Assembly (NCBI GenBank): GCA_012523095.1 | Contig: JAAYJE010000038.1 | Span: forward strand, 40,244 to 104,243 | DNA length: 64,000 nucleotides | From: Actinomycetota bacterium | GTDB taxonomy: Bacteria > Actinomycetota > Thermoleophilia > RBG-16-64-13 | Reading direction: 5' to 3' | Shown here: positions 62,987-64,000 of the stretch, piece after piece | How the letters are laid out: each line of letters opens with the position of its first letter | Numbering within the stretch: position 1 is the stretch's first letter | Position numbers and translations under genes: made by a program | Notes under the pieces: generated by a model | The model's database searches: none | Told to the model about the DNA's origin: nothing | Seen by the model: the letters and a program-made list of their open reading frames with translations, nothing else

Positions 62987-63136
62987 GCTGTGCAATCTCC
63001 TGTAATGGTCGTCTCCCTCCGTGCCCTCATCTTATACCCAGTATCTGCATCGTGTCCACATTCAGCAACATAATCCTGAACTCCTCTATTAGAGACGCGG
63101 AAAGCCCCGCCCCCTCGAAAGGGGACGAGGCGAAGG

Positions 63137-63207
63137 TAGCGCCGGTGGGAATCGAACCCACGTCTGCGGGATATGAACCCGCCGAGAAACCTCTCCTCTA
63201 CGGCGCG
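63137..63207 (-). tRNA. tRNA-Met (anticodon CAT), initiator-like features
   Basis: Manual fold: acceptor CGCGCCG/CGGCGCU with 1:72 C:U mismatch, D arm GAGG-AGAGGUU-UCUC (A11:U24), anticodon arm GCGGG-UUCAUAU-CCCGC with three consecutive G:C pairs, short variable loop, T arm GUGGG-UUCGAUU-CCCAC, discriminator A followed by CC. Confidence 0.6.
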
Positions 63208-63255
63208 ACGGGACCCGACCTGCAAGGGGTCGGGTGGGTCATCAGTCAGGTGGGA

Positions 63256-63576
63256 CTATTCTTCAGGCGGCGCCTTGCGTTGTCCGAGCAGCGGCACCTT
63301 CAGGTCTTCCGCACTCTTCGCCTTGATGACCGCAAGCGCCACGATGCTCCCGTTGATGAGCGCCGCCACGTACGCCGCCGGATCCTCGGGTCTAGCGAGC
63401 GCGGTACCGAGCTCGACCAACCCGGTCGCAATCACGAGCGTGGCGATCCGATTGACGATATCGGTCCAGTACTCGGGAACCGCGAAGCGGAAAGCCGAGA
63501 TCAGGATGTAGACGATGGCGGCCGCGAGCGGGACGGTCAGGTTCTTGAGCGTTTCGAGCGTGATGAATTCATCCAT
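63256..63576 (-). CDS. small two-TM membrane protein (holin-like)
   Basis: 106 aa from the ATG at 63576 (MDEFITLETLKNLTVPLAAAIVYILISAF...) with GAGAGGA RBS. Two hydrophobic helices and a charged C-terminus. Family not recognised. Confidence 0.35.
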   Translation of the reverse strand: MDEFITLETLKNLTVPLAAAIVYILISAFRFAVPEYWTDIVNRIATLVIATGLVELGTALARPEDPAAYVAALINGSIVALAVIKAKSAEDLKVPLLGQRKAPPEE

Positions 63577-63811
63577 CTGTGTCCTCTCTTTCGTTCTTCT
63601 CTTTGCGCATGGCTCGCCAGTCAAGCGCCCCCTCGACGAGCAGGAAGGCGGGAACCACCACTTCGATGATGCGTGTCGTCGTCTCCCCCAGGGGGTGCCC
63701 GCACACGTCGAGCACAACGCCGACGATGACGGCCCCGGCCGCGAGCCCCCACTTGCGACTGAGAAGCTTGTTCTGCGTCCAGGTCCCGCAGATCCCTCCC
63801 CACAGCTTCAT
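63569..63811 (-). CDS. small two-TM membrane protein
   Basis: 80 aa overlapping the downstream holin-like start. Coupled (ATGA) to the upstream HTH gene. Weak call. Confidence 0.3.
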   Translation of the reverse strand: MKLWGGICGTWTQNKLLSRKWGLAAGAVIVGVVLDVCGHPLGETTTRIIEVVVPAFLLVEGALDWRAMRKEKNEREDTDG

Positions 63812-63993
63812 AGGCGTCTCCTTACTTCGAGTTCGAACAGGCGCAGGAAGCGACGGGTCTGGGCTTGCTCGAAGGCTTCCACCTCAGTGAGCGAGTACCG
63901 TACGGCCCGGCCGAACTTACGGAAACAGGGGCCGTAGCCAGTCTTACGCCAGGCTCTGACGGTGTTCACGCTGATGACAAGGCGGACGGCCAC
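63808..63993 (-). CDS. AlpA/excisionase-family helix-turn-helix DNA-binding protein (HTH_17-like)
   Basis: 61 aa; ..VRLVISVNTVRAWRKTGYGPCFRKFGRAVRYSLTEVEAF.. matches the phage excisionase/AlpA pattern. Confidence 0.55.
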   Translation of the reverse strand: MAVRLVISVNTVRAWRKTGYGPCFRKFGRAVRYSLTEVEAFEQAQTRRFLRLFELEVRRRL

Positions 63994-64000
63994 CTGGTGT

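Noticed and set aside
59529-63207. tRNA-Met-like sequence as a partial direct-repeat copy (attR) of tRNA-Thr
   Set aside because: Apart from the universally conserved T-loop (GGTTCGATTCC), the two sequences differ throughout. The second folds into a complete, different cloverleaf.

Overview
This is a high-GC (about 65 %) bacterial chromosomal segment whose gene content looks like that of an anaerobe: ferredoxin-dependent 2-oxoacid oxidoreductase, ADP-forming acyl-CoA synthetase, flavodiiron protein, and three molybdopterin enzymes. Positions 1 to ~39.1 kb form a dense catabolic island that I interpret as an anaerobic trihydroxybenzene/polyphenol (pyrogallol-phloroglucinol type) degradation system. 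The main units are:
- Two paralogous two-subunit molybdoenzymes of the pyrogallol-phloroglucinol transhydroxylase family (13010-16402 minus, 17489-20955 plus), divergently flanking an IclR regulator.
- A third three-subunit molybdopterin oxidoreductase in FeS, membrane-anchor, catalytic gene order (28270-32282) with no recognisable twin-arginine export signals.
- Two separate enzyme sets that match the anaerobic phloroglucinol ring-cleavage route: SDR + BKACE lyase + 3-hydroxyacyl-CoA-dehydrogenase-like (25202-27890), and TetR / FadN-like / thiolase / M24 hydrolase / SDR / HBD-like / Old Yellow Enzyme (1-7992).
- More SDR, alcohol dehydrogenase, MBL-hydrolase, thiolase, a methyl-accepting chemotaxis protein, a second IclR regulator, and an MFS/IorB/IorA/ADP-forming acyl-CoA synthetase operon under a GntR regulator.

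Two different repeated regulatory motifs tie these operons together. A promoter plus palindromic operator occurs twice on the minus strand (around 8094-8142 and 10740-10786). A separate 39-bp motif occurs at 16454-16492 and 28095-28133, in two divergent promoter regions.

From 40 to 59.6 kb the window carries housekeeping and accessory genes: flavodiiron protein, a CotH / VTC / DUF4956 / beta-helix lipoprotein module, a Phd-VapC toxin-antitoxin pair, MarR-MMPL, an ECF sigma/anti-sigma pair, and a YeeE / TusA / DUF3343 / kinase-fold sulfur-or-selenium trafficking cluster. The last 4.5 kb is a decayed mobile-element region: tRNA-Thr(CGT), a frameshifted tyrosine integrase, a thermonuclease lipoprotein, convergent HicA/HicB, an initiator-like tRNA-Met, and small holin-like and excisionase-like genes.

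The ORF track uses ATG, GTG and TTG starts. Many listed ORFs are antisense artefacts of the high GC content and are not reported. Several starts were re-picked from ribosome-binding-site context.
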